Shown here piece by piece: positions 39,116 through 49,613 of a stretch of DNA of 64,000 nt. The DNA is from a virus (lineage: Duplodnaviria > Caudoviricetes), in IMG/VR virus record IMGVR_UViG_3300029288_000119, positions 1 to 64,000 of that record; one strand, 5' to 3'. The translations under genes were made by a program, and so were the position numbers. The notes beneath the pieces were generated by a model. It was not told the DNA's origin, did no database searches, and saw nothing but the letters and a program-made list of their open reading frames with translations. Position 1 is the stretch's first letter, and each line of letters starts with the position of its first letter.

Positions 39116-40210
39116 TTATGGATATAATTGTTGAACCAATTGTGAATTTTTCTCTATTTTGTCTATGGTTACCATGGAATTTTCAATAGAAGAACCAAAA
39201 AATTGAAATTTAATTTTGCTAGATAAGCTTCTGTAAATATTCCATACCTGATCGGCTGTTGTTATATATAATTTTATTGATTCAATTGCTTCAGATGAAT
39301 AATCTTTACGAACATCTGCATATTTTTGCCAGTCAATAAGAGTAATGGCACGTAAAATCTGTTTTCCAAGAAGTGCTATTGATTTCTGGCCATTCTTTTT
39401 TGTTTTGATTATTATATTCTCCGTTTTATTCCGTAATCTTTGTTCGGGAGCTAATGTTGGATCATCATTAACTATCGTAATGTGTGTTCCATTTCTATTG
39501 TTTATCTCATTCGCTTTATTTACAAATTCCGACACGCTATGACTAGCATAACCAAATCTTTGAACTTGCCATGCATGAATCATTTCATGAATCATGACAT
39601 CACGAAATTGTTCATCTGACATATCAAAAAATGAAGACATTATTATTCTGACATTGCCGGATGGTGGATTCGATTGGGTTAAGTCCCTTTTATCATATTT
39701 AGCCAAACCAAGTTTCCGGCGCATTTGTGAATTCCAAGACAACGAAACTGGAATTATAATCTCATTGTGAAAAACATCCCTATTATATTCATTAAATTTT
39801 TGTTGAAGATCAAATTTATAGTCCCGACGTTCTTTTAACACATATCCCTCATAAATCATTTCTGGAGGCTCTTCAATGAGCTTCATTTTTTGAGGTGCTT
39901 CAACTGTTATCTTTTTAAAATTGTTCTTCTTCGCAAAAAGAAATATTGTATCCTTTGTTGTATTATCAAGACGGTTGCAAAGAAAGTTACTTTCTCTATG
40001 AACAATCCATCCTTTGCCAAGAAGGAAATCAGAATAATCAGAAAGAGATAAACCAGGATCCATATCAATGAATTCGTCGTTATAATATTTTTCAACGACA
40101 TCTGGAGCGACTTCTGCATGTTCTTCACTCTTGATGGGAACTTCGATTTTCCCATCTCTTGAAATCCAATGACCTGCACCGAAGTATTTTTCGATGTCGT
40201 AATCCATCAA
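39116..40210 (-). CDS. Two-domain protein with an SprT-like zincin
   Basis: FNEYN..VF, LG.A, MIHEMIHAWQ, H...F. Confidence 0.8.
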   Translation of the reverse strand: MMDYDIEKYFGAGHWISRDGKIEVPIKSEEHAEVAPDVVEKYYNDEFIDMDPGLSLSDYSDFLLGKGWIVHRESNFLCNRLDNTTKDTIFLFAKKNNFKKITVEAPQKMKLIEEPPEMIYEGYVLKERRDYKFDLQQKFNEYNRDVFHNEIIIPVSLSWNSQMRRKLGLAKYDKRDLTQSNPPSGNVRIIMSSFFDMSDEQFRDVMIHEMIHAWQVQRFGYASHSVSEFVNKANEINNRNGTHITIVNDDPTLAPEQRLRNKTENIIIKTKKNGQKSIALLGKQILRAITLIDWQKYADVRKDYSSEAIESIKLYITTADQVWNIYRSLSSKIKFQFFGSSIENSMVTIDKIEKNSQLVQQLYP

Positions 40211-40539
40211 TCAATTTCCTGAATGAATTTTTTTATTGCCGCGTCGATCTTTTTGTGTGCATCGAGAGAAGTTATTTCATTCTCATCACAATATTCTGAA
40301 ACGATGTTTGCGATCTGTTGAAGTTGATCTTTCATCTTTGCCATCTTTTGTTGAAGAGACTCTTTTTCCTTCTCAACTTCTCTTGCTTTATCAATGAGAA
40401 TTCGAAAAGATTCTCGCTCTTTAAGAAAATATTCAATCGTTTCAACAAGTTTAGGCACTTCGATAGCTATCGTTGAATCCCACTTCGAGGCTCTTTCAAC
40501 GAGCATTTTCAATTCTTGTAGATCTGTTAGAAGTTCCAT
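40207..40539 (-). CDS. Coiled-coil hypothetical protein
   Basis: ATAATTA-N4-ATG. Confidence 0.6.
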   Translation of the reverse strand: MELLTDLQELKMLVERASKWDSTIAIEVPKLVETIEYFLKERESFRILIDKAREVEKEKESLQQKMAKMKDQLQQIANIVSEYCDENEITSLDAHKKIDAAIKKFIQEID

Positions 40540-40582
40540 ATCTTAATTATTTTGGAACTTGGAATTTGTAAATTATATTTCT

Positions 40583-40758
40583 CTAGGTAAACGTATCAAT
40601 TAATGCTTTTTGCACGTCGTCAAGTTCTTCTTCGCCAGATTCGGCATAGTAGCTTATACTTTCGAGATATGTAGCAATAGCATCATCTATATCTTTCTTA
40701 CTAAGATTGTTTTCACTACTTTCTTCAATTCACTAAGTGTTGTTCTATAGACCTTCAT
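40583..40758 (-). pseudogene. Leader-bearing small gene split by a -1 frameshift near 40715
   Basis: Strong SD; MKVYRTTLSELKKVV then ENNLSKKDIDDAIATYLES in the -1 frame. Confidence 0.55.
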
Positions 40759-40780
40759 ATTATTCCTCCTCCTCTAACTA

Positions 40781-42706
40781 TTAACCAGAACCCGGTAACA
40801 CCCAACAGTTCTCAGGTGTACCAGCTGCTAGGTCTGATGTGGCGTTCGCTGGCATTGCCTGAGCCGCTGAACCACCTAGTACCAGTGCAGCAGCACCCCA
40901 GGTTGGCGCTGCACCAGCATGTGCTAGTTGTGAACCACGTTTCACCCTGACCGCCGTGCCAGTGGCTGCTGCGTTACCACCAGCCATGGTGCCTAAAGAC
41001 ACATGGCAATCAGTTTCTATGTCGATAGCACCGTTGGCTCCGTAGTCCGTCGCGTTATTGCCTGAACCAGCAGGTAGAGTGAAAGCGGAACCAGCTGCTT
41101 GAGTGATCCTTGCTCCACGGCGAGCTCGTAACACGGGAGCAGCTGTACCACCCTCGCTGGGGTTGGTGGCTGACTTGGTAACGGCACCACCGAAGTGCAC
41201 CTTGGCATTCGGCCCAACGTAGATGTCCGGGCCATCGCCTTTCCGAGCTGCAATGGTCAAGGCTGCCGAGAACTCGGCCTCACCGTCTTCGATGTACCAG
41301 TCGCCGTCGTCCCCCTTAAGGCTGGTGGGACATGCGTCCATCTGTAGTCTTCCGCCCTTTTCCACCTTGCAGCCGTACAGATTAGTGCCCGTACCGGTGT
41401 TGTTGCCATCAATAGTAGCAGAGGCCAACTGCAGCATCCCTAAGGTATCCACCCAAATTAGGCCAGAAGCAATTCCAGCAGCAGAAACATCCAGAAACGA
41501 AAGTTTCGATACACTACCTACAGCACCACGGTAAAAACGAACAGCGGTTGTGCCAGAACACTTTACGATCAAATTGCTTAGGTGTGAAGTACCAAGATAT
41601 TCACAGATGACCCCAATTGTGCAGCAATACTGTATGTAAATAGATAGTGGGTTCATTACGCAATGTACAATATTAGCAAAGAACCCACCAAAAAAGACAT
41701 AGTTAGACGCTTCTGCACGTAGCGAGCCATTGGCTGTCACATCGGTTGTCCAAGACCCACAACGACAAGTTTCACTCGTTCCGGGAGAACCAAGTAGACC
41801 AAACTCGGCCGCGAGTACTCTGGACACATAGAAGTTGTCTGACTCGATACAGGATCGTACTTCCCAACAATGGGACACTCGAATAGGCAGTGTTCCGGTC
41901 GCTTTTACTGAAAATCGCAGCCCATTTGTTTGCACTGCGGAGAAGCGCTCGCAAGTAATACCAAGAACCACATTTGCGGGCCATGCGAAAGCTGTGTTCC
42001 AGGACTGCCCTCTTTGGTAGCCATATCGAAGGTTTTGAATCCCAGATACGGACGGCTCGCGTATGCTGACGGAGACCGTGCCACCACCAACCAGCCATGC
42101 CGGAACCGATGCTGTGCTAATCGTTACGGTACCACCGGACACCCGCAGCGCTTGATACACGATACGATTTGTTCCCAGGGTAAACACCAACCAGCGTCCC
42201 TCATCTGCGGCGGCTGGAACCCAGCCATTGAAGGTAAGTTCCCGCATTCCATGTGCTAGCGCTGTTGCAGCCACGGTGTTGACTGTTCCGGTCGCCACAA
42301 TGGTCCAGTCATCCACGTGGTGGATCACGTTGACCGTCGTTGAACCAGCAAGGGCACCAGCTAGAATCAGGTCCTCATTGGCAAATGTCCCACGGACGTA
42401 GATGTCAATTCTTAGATTACCTGGATTCGATGCGAGGATACCCTCCACCTGAGCCTGTACATGCGCCAGCGTCTTCCAGGCAGCAGCCCATGAAGAGCCG
42501 TCGTTGGCGTCATCTCCGAGAGTCCCGTCGACGTAATATCTTCTTATATTCGTATCTGTGATAATAATTGTCTGTTCTGTTGTTGTTCGAACATCGCTTG
42601 TTATTGTCCAACCATTGCTATATTGATCGATTATTGACTGTCTATTTGCGTCATAATCATTGCTCGTTCCATCGAATGTAAATGAAAACGTTTGTGTTGT
42701 TGTCAT
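40781..42706 (-). CDS. Tail spike/receptor-binding protein (beta-helix-like), GC-rich
   Basis: YYVDGTLGDDANDGSSWAAAWKT, G/A/T-rich beta repeats; GC far above flanks. Confidence 0.7.
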   Translation of the reverse strand: MTTTQTFSFTFDGTSNDYDANRQSIIDQYSNGWTITSDVRTTTEQTIIITDTNIRRYYVDGTLGDDANDGSSWAAAWKTLAHVQAQVEGILASNPGNLRIDIYVRGTFANEDLILAGALAGSTTVNVIHHVDDWTIVATGTVNTVAATALAHGMRELTFNGWVPAAADEGRWLVFTLGTNRIVYQALRVSGGTVTISTASVPAWLVGGGTVSVSIREPSVSGIQNLRYGYQRGQSWNTAFAWPANVVLGITCERFSAVQTNGLRFSVKATGTLPIRVSHCWEVRSCIESDNFYVSRVLAAEFGLLGSPGTSETCRCGSWTTDVTANGSLRAEASNYVFFGGFFANIVHCVMNPLSIYIQYCCTIGVICEYLGTSHLSNLIVKCSGTTAVRFYRGAVGSVSKLSFLDVSAAGIASGLIWVDTLGMLQLASATIDGNNTGTGTNLYGCKVEKGGRLQMDACPTSLKGDDGDWYIEDGEAEFSAALTIAARKGDGPDIYVGPNAKVHFGGAVTKSATNPSEGGTAAPVLRARRGARITQAAGSAFTLPAGSGNNATDYGANGAIDIETDCHVSLGTMAGGNAAATGTAVRVKRGSQLAHAGAAPTWGAAALVLGGSAAQAMPANATSDLAAGTPENCWVLPGSG

Positions 42707-42752
42707 TTATCTTCCATTATAATTATCGTCCTATCCCAAAAATCATTTCAAT

Positions 42753-43373
42753 TCATAACTTTTTCGATTCCATCTTGACAACATTCATTGGATCATATTC
42801 ATAATCCGTATCATCTTTCGAAAAAATCATCCCCCAATGATCGAGTTTCTTCTCTTCTCCTTCTGGAGTCACATTAGAATCATGCCATCTCTTATCGAAT
42901 TCTTCAAAGGGAATATATGCTCTTACGACAGATGATGGATCTTCGAAAATAATTTCTTTGTCAGTATAGCCAACAGCGATAACATAATGTCCTTCATTCC
43001 ATTCTTCAATCCAATCATCTTCATCTTTCTTTTCTTTATCTGGCCAAGCTTGAATGAGCATGAGGACTGGTTTATCTTTATCGAGAAGTTTCTTAAGAGA
43101 GTCAATTGTGAGACCTGTTAACTGCTTCGTTTTGATGCCATATTCTTTCTTAAGAACTTTTTCAATATTTTCTGCTGACGTTCCATCATCTTCACTTACA
43201 TCGAGGCTATCAAGGAGATTTTCTTCTCTTTCATCGATACCAAAGAATGCAAGAATACATAGGACTGCGGAAGCACCACAATCATACGCATAAACTTGTC
43301 GAAACTCAGGAAATTCAATGAGCTTTTGTACATCAAGTTTTCGTTCGAGTATTAAGTCTATTAGTTTTTTCAT
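42753..43373 (-). CDS. Peptidase C39-like cysteine protease with leader
   Basis: Q....DCGAS, GHYVIAVGY, EDPS; MKKLIDLILE. Confidence 0.85.
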   Translation of the reverse strand: MKKLIDLILERKLDVQKLIEFPEFRQVYAYDCGASAVLCILAFFGIDEREENLLDSLDVSEDDGTSAENIEKVLKKEYGIKTKQLTGLTIDSLKKLLDKDKPVLMLIQAWPDKEKKDEDDWIEEWNEGHYVIAVGYTDKEIIFEDPSSVVRAYIPFEEFDKRWHDSNVTPEGEEKKLDHWGMIFSKDDTDYEYDPMNVVKMESKKL

Positions 43374-45259
43374 ATTTCTCTCCAAGCATCGCCATTTCTA
43401 ATTCTAATTGATTTTATCGCTTGTGGCGGAATATGATGATATGTCCAAATTGATCCAAACATAACATTTGCATCTTTATAGAAATTAACTTTCTTTCTTA
43501 TCTTTGTTGTATCAATTTCAATAATAGCGACATCATCAATGCTTTTTATGTTGTGCTCCATTTCTTGCGCCATGTCTACAATTTCATCACCGGGCCAAGT
43601 CGTAAAAAAGTAAACTCTATCTGGATAAGGAAAAACTTTTGATGAACCCTTGGGTATTATACCACGCTTCTTTATATTGTTAACATTGTTTATTGAAGTG
43701 AAGTGATAGATATCTTGTGGTAAATTAAGAATTCCGCTCTTCGGATTTTCTGATGTTATTTTTTCAGTATAAAATGGCTGAATGACTATTTCATACTCAT
43801 AACTCTTATCTTCATCAAAGTTTGGTAAATGCCCTTGTTTCTTTGAAATAAACCAACCGATTTTCTTTAATTTGCTGTTAATATTTTCAATGTCAGTTTC
43901 TTTACAATAAAATACAAAACTATTCCAGTTCTTATCTAGTAATAAATCGAGGTTTGAAAATCCTTTTTCACCAGCTTCATCTTCATTGTTCTCTTTGTTA
44001 TCGAGTTCTCTTACATTACGAACGATATATGACCATAGCTCTTTTGGACTTATTGGTTTCACTTTAGCTTCTTTTAATACTTGACCATGTATAATTTTCG
44101 ATTCACTTAGTTTATATTTACATTCATATTCTTTCCACCACATTAGAAGTTCATCGAATTTCGAGACAAATGATTTCCCATGTGCATCAAAACGGAGCTT
44201 TGTCGCGTAAATAAGAGCCTCTTCTTGATCAGCTCCACTCAGTTCACTTATATCATCGACGCCATAAGCTTGCTTCAAATATTTTCTATTGACAACTCTC
44301 TTAAATTCGTCATCTGTTGCCTTACCAAGATTGAGATAATGGGCAAGTTCATGAAGTGTTGCATGTACTGTTGTTGGCTGTCGAAGAAATATTTTTCCAA
44401 AAACTTGATATTCTTGTCTTCCCATAGCTTGTTTTATAGTTGGCGGATTCACAACTCCAAAATGTTCACATGCTTTTTTGATTAGCTGCCGAGCTTCATC
44501 GAAGTTTATTCGAATAGTTATCGCAAGTTTCATAATATCGAGTGCACTTGTGAGCTTACAAACTTTGTTGTACTCACCGGGAAGTTTCTGTTCGATGATT
44601 TGTTTAGTTAAATATTGATACATATAAGTTAAAAACAATTTCATGACCGGATCATTAAAATCAAAGTGTTCAGTATATTGCCAAAACACTTCGCTTTCTT
44701 CTATGCCTGGATTAATTTCTCTGTTCTGTGGTTCCCTTAATTTTTGCAATATTTGTTTTTTTGAATAACCAACATTTAAAAATTCATTAACTGCACTCTT
44801 AGCATTAGCCATAATTTCTCGTTTATCACTTAAATATGTGAAATTCGATGCCATGTTAACCGATTTGATTTCACTAGATCTAGTTAGTTGTTCTCTATGA
44901 ACAAGCTCATGAGATATTATTGAATCAAGTACGTTTAAGAAAGATTTAAACCATTGTGAGTCATCCAATTCTTCCCAAATGTCATTGTTTAATATTATGT
45001 GTATATTCAATTTATCGTCAATATATCCTTCAACAACTCCAACTTTGGCATAATCATCACGATTACTTTCTCTTGCATCAATATCAAAATAGATAGAATG
45101 TTGAAAAAAAATGTCATTAAGTATGTTAACAACATCCATGGAAGATAAGTCGGATGTAAATTTGTTGATGTTTTTGTTTAATTCGTCTTTCACGAATGTG
45201 GCATCAACATCAATGGCCGATTCCATTATTTGCCACAATAATGAATTGTTGCATATCAT
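43370..45259 (-). CDS. Multidomain protein: two zincins and a C-terminal ADP-ribosyltransferase-like domain
   Basis: SHELVH, LHELAH; YHFT....I...GI, RVYFF, IIEID, HIPPQAI. Confidence 0.75.
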   Translation of the reverse strand: MICNNSLLWQIMESAIDVDATFVKDELNKNINKFTSDLSSMDVVNILNDIFFQHSIYFDIDARESNRDDYAKVGVVEGYIDDKLNIHIILNNDIWEELDDSQWFKSFLNVLDSIISHELVHREQLTRSSEIKSVNMASNFTYLSDKREIMANAKSAVNEFLNVGYSKKQILQKLREPQNREINPGIEESEVFWQYTEHFDFNDPVMKLFLTYMYQYLTKQIIEQKLPGEYNKVCKLTSALDIMKLAITIRINFDEARQLIKKACEHFGVVNPPTIKQAMGRQEYQVFGKIFLRQPTTVHATLHELAHYLNLGKATDDEFKRVVNRKYLKQAYGVDDISELSGADQEEALIYATKLRFDAHGKSFVSKFDELLMWWKEYECKYKLSESKIIHGQVLKEAKVKPISPKELWSYIVRNVRELDNKENNEDEAGEKGFSNLDLLLDKNWNSFVFYCKETDIENINSKLKKIGWFISKKQGHLPNFDEDKSYEYEIVIQPFYTEKITSENPKSGILNLPQDIYHFTSINNVNNIKKRGIIPKGSSKVFPYPDRVYFFTTWPGDEIVDMAQEMEHNIKSIDDVAIIEIDTTKIRKKVNFYKDANVMFGSIWTYHHIPPQAIKSIRIRNGDAWREI

Positions 45260-45317
45260 CTTTTTATTCCGGATAGAGCTTTGTCAAAAAATGATTTGTA
45301 TTTTCCGTTGTACATTG

Positions 45318-46664
45318 TTAAACAACCTTAAACTTCCAATTATTATCATGATATGTTTCATACGTTCGATTTCTTCTTATCTTCAATACGATCTCATAAT
45401 AATTGTTTATGTTGAATGACGACATTGGAAGTTGGAAATAATGTCCCTCTCCATCATAACTCAATTTCGTATAATCCGATGCCGATATAACTGTCCAATC
45501 ATTAATATAATCATGTATTTCATAAAAGGCATTATCAAATACTCTTATCGGGACTACATTCCATGGCGATTCAAATGAATTTAGCTCCCATTCATAATCT
45601 CGTATATTCACATTAAATCTAACAAATTCGTCGTATTTGTATTCATCATCCACATCAATAGAAACTAACAATTTTTGTTGCTGCGCTGATTGTGATCCCG
45701 TGTGCTGATAAACAGAAATTGAACCTGTCATATAATCAATACCACCAGAAGACCACACATCCCACAATTGCGATCCGGTAAACGATGGTATATAAATTGT
45801 TGAAGCATAAATACCGGTACTAATCCATGATGAAGTAAATGATGCTGAAAATGATGAAGATCCAGAGTTCACATTATCATATAAAGTAACATCCATCGAT
45901 CCAGAACCAACCAATGGAAGATCCTCAAAATTTCCATCATAAAGATTATAAAAATAGATAGAACCACTACGACCAATAATTGTATATCCCCTACGATCTT
46001 TCATAACATCGGGAACTTTTATTTCAATCCATGGCCATTTATTTTTATCAGTTGAATGTCGCGAATAAAATCTCTTTATATAATAATCAACATCGTTTTG
46101 TTCTTCGGTGTCCGTTAACTTTACAATTAATCCATTTGATCCAGAATTGATCCAATAATTCCAAATTGATGTAATATCTCCGTTAAGATCTTCTATACCA
46201 GAATCAAAACTAAATGAGCAACCAACTGAGCCAATATAATCAGAACCAGTATTTGTCCAAATTGCAGTTGATGATGCGCTAAGCCATGAACAATAACCAT
46301 AGTCCCACATATCAATTCCAACACCTTCACTAAATGAGCGAGACATTGGGTGGGCTACCAAATAATATGATGTCGGAACAGTATCACCATGAACAATGTT
46401 ATATAGGTGTAATGAACACGAAATTGAACTTGAAGATAACGAATAATAATTCATAACGGAATCATATGATGATGTATCAAATTGTAACAAAATACGACCA
46501 TAAGAATCACCACCTCTAAGTGAACTAGAGGTAGTATCTAATGATTTATATACACTAAGAACAGGCGACGCTCCAAAATTTGTGTCCCATGATTGACTAC
46601 GAAAGTTATTCGCAAAGTCATTAATTATATAGGTATCTTTTGATGCCGGTATTCGTATGATCAT
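45318..46664 (-). CDS. Virion structural protein (baseplate-associated, DNRLRE-like N-terminus)
   Basis: ASKDTYI, NFG, RILLQFD; S/G/T-rich; late motif upstream. Confidence 0.65.
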   Translation of the reverse strand: MIIRIPASKDTYIINDFANNFRSQSWDTNFGASPVLSVYKSLDTTSSSLRGGDSYGRILLQFDTSSYDSVMNYYSLSSSSISCSLHLYNIVHGDTVPTSYYLVAHPMSRSFSEGVGIDMWDYGYCSWLSASSTAIWTNTGSDYIGSVGCSFSFDSGIEDLNGDITSIWNYWINSGSNGLIVKLTDTEEQNDVDYYIKRFYSRHSTDKNKWPWIEIKVPDVMKDRRGYTIIGRSGSIYFYNLYDGNFEDLPLVGSGSMDVTLYDNVNSGSSSFSASFTSSWISTGIYASTIYIPSFTGSQLWDVWSSGGIDYMTGSISVYQHTGSQSAQQQKLLVSIDVDDEYKYDEFVRFNVNIRDYEWELNSFESPWNVVPIRVFDNAFYEIHDYINDWTVISASDYTKLSYDGEGHYFQLPMSSFNINNYYEIVLKIRRNRTYETYHDNNWKFKVV

Positions 46665-46692
46665 ATTTTAATTATTATTCTTATAAATACAA

Positions 46693-48456
46693 TTATAATA
46701 TAACACCGGAAATTGAAGATACATCGTTAGTCAATTGAAATATTGAAAAATCGGGACAATAGTAAATTCCATTATCTTCAACAATTGATGAATTGGTAAA
46801 TCTATATGTCACATCAGCAACAGAATATACCCCATCTATGTTTTGTAATCCTTGGATTATTTCTGATTTTATAATTGGTTCTCCAATGTTTCTAATACTT
46901 TTGTCGAAATATCCCCTTAAGAAATTCAAACAAAGAGCCAGAATTGTTTGTCTATTAGTATTTGGTTCAGCTATTACCTTAAACGATACTGTAAAATTAA
47001 TAATGTCTGCAGCCGACATATATATAGTATCGGTTAGCATTGCATATCTTTTCAAATATGTACGAAGATTTTTCTTTAATGTTTCTGTTGGTTCTGAATA
47101 ATTTCCATTCTCATCATATGTTAACATGCTAATATCAACGACATTGGAAGATCTACAATTTTTCTGAATTTGGGCTTTACAAATACTACCTGCAATACTT
47201 GGCATCGAAAATAGTCGCATTATATAATCATCAGCAGTTACACATCTATCTTGTGCAGCAAAATTGGCTTTTGCAAATTGTTTAATTTCGAATAAAGTGA
47301 GTTCATCCCTACCACCCTGTGATGGTTGTGCATTATTTGTAGATATCGAATTGATTGCTGCTGATTTTGTTGCGTCATTGAGTCCGGTATATCTAAACTC
47401 AACAATGGCATTATCAACTTTTCTAATTGTGTTCGATGGAACAACACTTGATGCCCCACCACCAGATCTATAATATACATCCAACACGGTATTATATGGA
47501 GCTATTCCCATAGTTTTGGAATTAACCAATTTCTGTGGGTCTATTGAATATCCAGAAAAATAGGATTTCCCATATAGTGGTATTGATATTTCAGCAGTAT
47601 TAGGTATTATTGTATCGTCATCGGTTTCTTCTTTACCCGAACCAAAATTTAGCGATAAATATCCGGTATTATAATCAAATTCCGTCACGAATCTTCTTGG
47701 CACTCTTCTTAATTTCAATACGTATGGTACTAATGTACTGTCATAATCTGTATTTACTGATGCCTCGAATACAGTATCCTGTGATAAATAATCAACTTGA
47801 TACCATTTATTACCACTTATATCAATTACATCATTTATATCAATTGTATCAGCATCATCAATTATTAATTTTCTATATCGTATAAAATCATTAATATTAA
47901 ATGTTTTCTTTTTGGTTTGGGCAGAAACTGCAAGTGTAGATCTTTGTAATGCAAAGTATTCAATTACACCAGTTGATGAATTTATAGCTTGGTATGAATC
48001 GGATCCGGTAGCTTTTGAAAAATCCACATCATATAATGTTTCAAATTTCGTTCCGTTATTCGCTAAAACTGTGGATCCACGTTTAACAATTGGTGCATAT
48101 TGATAATTTGGAAGTGGTATTCCAGTAGAATATTCTGCAGGAACAGATATATAAAATGTTTGATCGACCAACGATGCAGCCTTAAGAGGAGGTTTATAAC
48201 CAAGCATTTTAGCTATTTTATAAACTGATTCTTTTTGTACAGCAAGATCTATGTCTAACTCATTAATTACCCTATTTAGATAAAAGGAAAGCATATCAGA
48301 TGAAGCTGCAAGAACATCCAACAATGCTTGGGACGTACTACCCTCAGAAAAATCCCTCCACGTAGAGGGGTAGTACGCCTTTAGTATATTAACAAACGAT
48401 TCATTGAATGAAGCGAAGTCTTGTCCCAAATAAGACAATTGTATATTATTCACCAT
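46693..48456 (-). CDS. Baseplate wedge protein (T4 gp6-like)
   Basis: DF..F...LK.Y, AKMLGYKP, GG.DE, AQDRCVTADDY. Confidence 0.9.
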   Translation of the reverse strand: MVNNIQLSYLGQDFASFNESFVNILKAYYPSTWRDFSEGSTSQALLDVLAASSDMLSFYLNRVINELDIDLAVQKESVYKIAKMLGYKPPLKAASLVDQTFYISVPAEYSTGIPLPNYQYAPIVKRGSTVLANNGTKFETLYDVDFSKATGSDSYQAINSSTGVIEYFALQRSTLAVSAQTKKKTFNINDFIRYRKLIIDDADTIDINDVIDISGNKWYQVDYLSQDTVFEASVNTDYDSTLVPYVLKLRRVPRRFVTEFDYNTGYLSLNFGSGKEETDDDTIIPNTAEISIPLYGKSYFSGYSIDPQKLVNSKTMGIAPYNTVLDVYYRSGGGASSVVPSNTIRKVDNAIVEFRYTGLNDATKSAAINSISTNNAQPSQGGRDELTLFEIKQFAKANFAAQDRCVTADDYIMRLFSMPSIAGSICKAQIQKNCRSSNVVDISMLTYDENGNYSEPTETLKKNLRTYLKRYAMLTDTIYMSAADIINFTVSFKVIAEPNTNRQTILALCLNFLRGYFDKSIRNIGEPIIKSEIIQGLQNIDGVYSVADVTYRFTNSSIVEDNGIYYCPDFSIFQLTNDVSSISGVIL

Positions 48457-49583
48457 TTTATTTTCCTCAATGAGACATTATTTTGTCTTAATATTTGATA
48501 TATAGAAGCATAACTAATTCCATTAGATAATTTACGTATTTCATCTATTTTTAAATTAGAATTGTATAAATTAACAACTTTTTGCGCATCTATTATGTGT
48601 TTTTTATGATTCTCTCGTAATGTAATATTATTCTTAGCAAGCAATTTATATAAATAATTTATACTTATGTCATAATTATTTGATATTTGTTTGATATCAA
48701 ATCCATTTTTATAGTCTAAAACAATTTTTCTCACATCTAAATCGGACAATTTATTGTTTTGTTTTTTACCGACATCTTTTTCCGCTAATACAAATGATTT
48801 AAAATAAGTCTCCTTACGTGATAGGGATATTGTAGAATTATGATACATTAAATAATAAATTTTAGAAACTTGATTAATGCCACCATAATGAACTGACCAT
48901 GCACCTTTATGTGATATTATTTTTGTTTTATCTAAGCTGCATACATTCATCAACCATAATTGCATTTTTTTACAAAATTCACAATTGGATAAAACAGATA
49001 CATATTTAGTTTTTCCATTATGTACACAACCATCGCCATCAAAATAACCACGAAAGAAATGGATTAATAAGTGCGTTGGAACAATATTTTCAGCAGGCCA
49101 TCGAATTATATTGGTTTTTTTTTGTGGACATCCTTTATTAATTAGATCACGTACCATGGATCGAGAACTTATTATTATTCTAGCTCTTGTTCTGAATTTC
49201 TTATATTTTTTATCGTAAAAAACTTGTTTAGTAATACCATGATTTGAATGAAGACAATTTAAAAATTTTTGTAAATGATTACGATCTTTCCATTGTAAAT
49301 TAATCGCAACACCATCGCGTACCACTGCTCCATCCGCATAAAGAAAACCCAACCAATAAGCTTTCTCTTGAGAATTTATTATTTTAAAAAAATCCCAATT
49401 ACATTGGTATTTATGTGTACCCCATGATTTAGTTAATCCCTGCTTTTTTAACGTTCGATATATTGTTCTATGGCAAATTTTGTATTTATTTTCCAAATTA
49501 CTATATGATAAGCCATTTTTGTAATCTTCACAAATTTCATTTTTTGTGTTTTCTGACATATTATTTATGGTTATTCTATTCAT
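48450..49583 (-). mobile_element. LAGLIDADG homing endonuclease between baseplate genes
   Basis: EKAYWLGFLYADG and HFFRGYFDGDG; paralog of 18115..19329. Confidence 0.88.
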
Positions 49584-49613
49584 GTTGTTTTATTATATAT
49601 CAATTTCTTTCAA

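Noticed and set aside
48450-49613. Group I intron or intein carrying the LAGLIDADG in the baseplate operon
   Set aside because: The gp25-like and gp6-like genes both look complete, there is no room for intron core elements, and no intein splice motifs are present.
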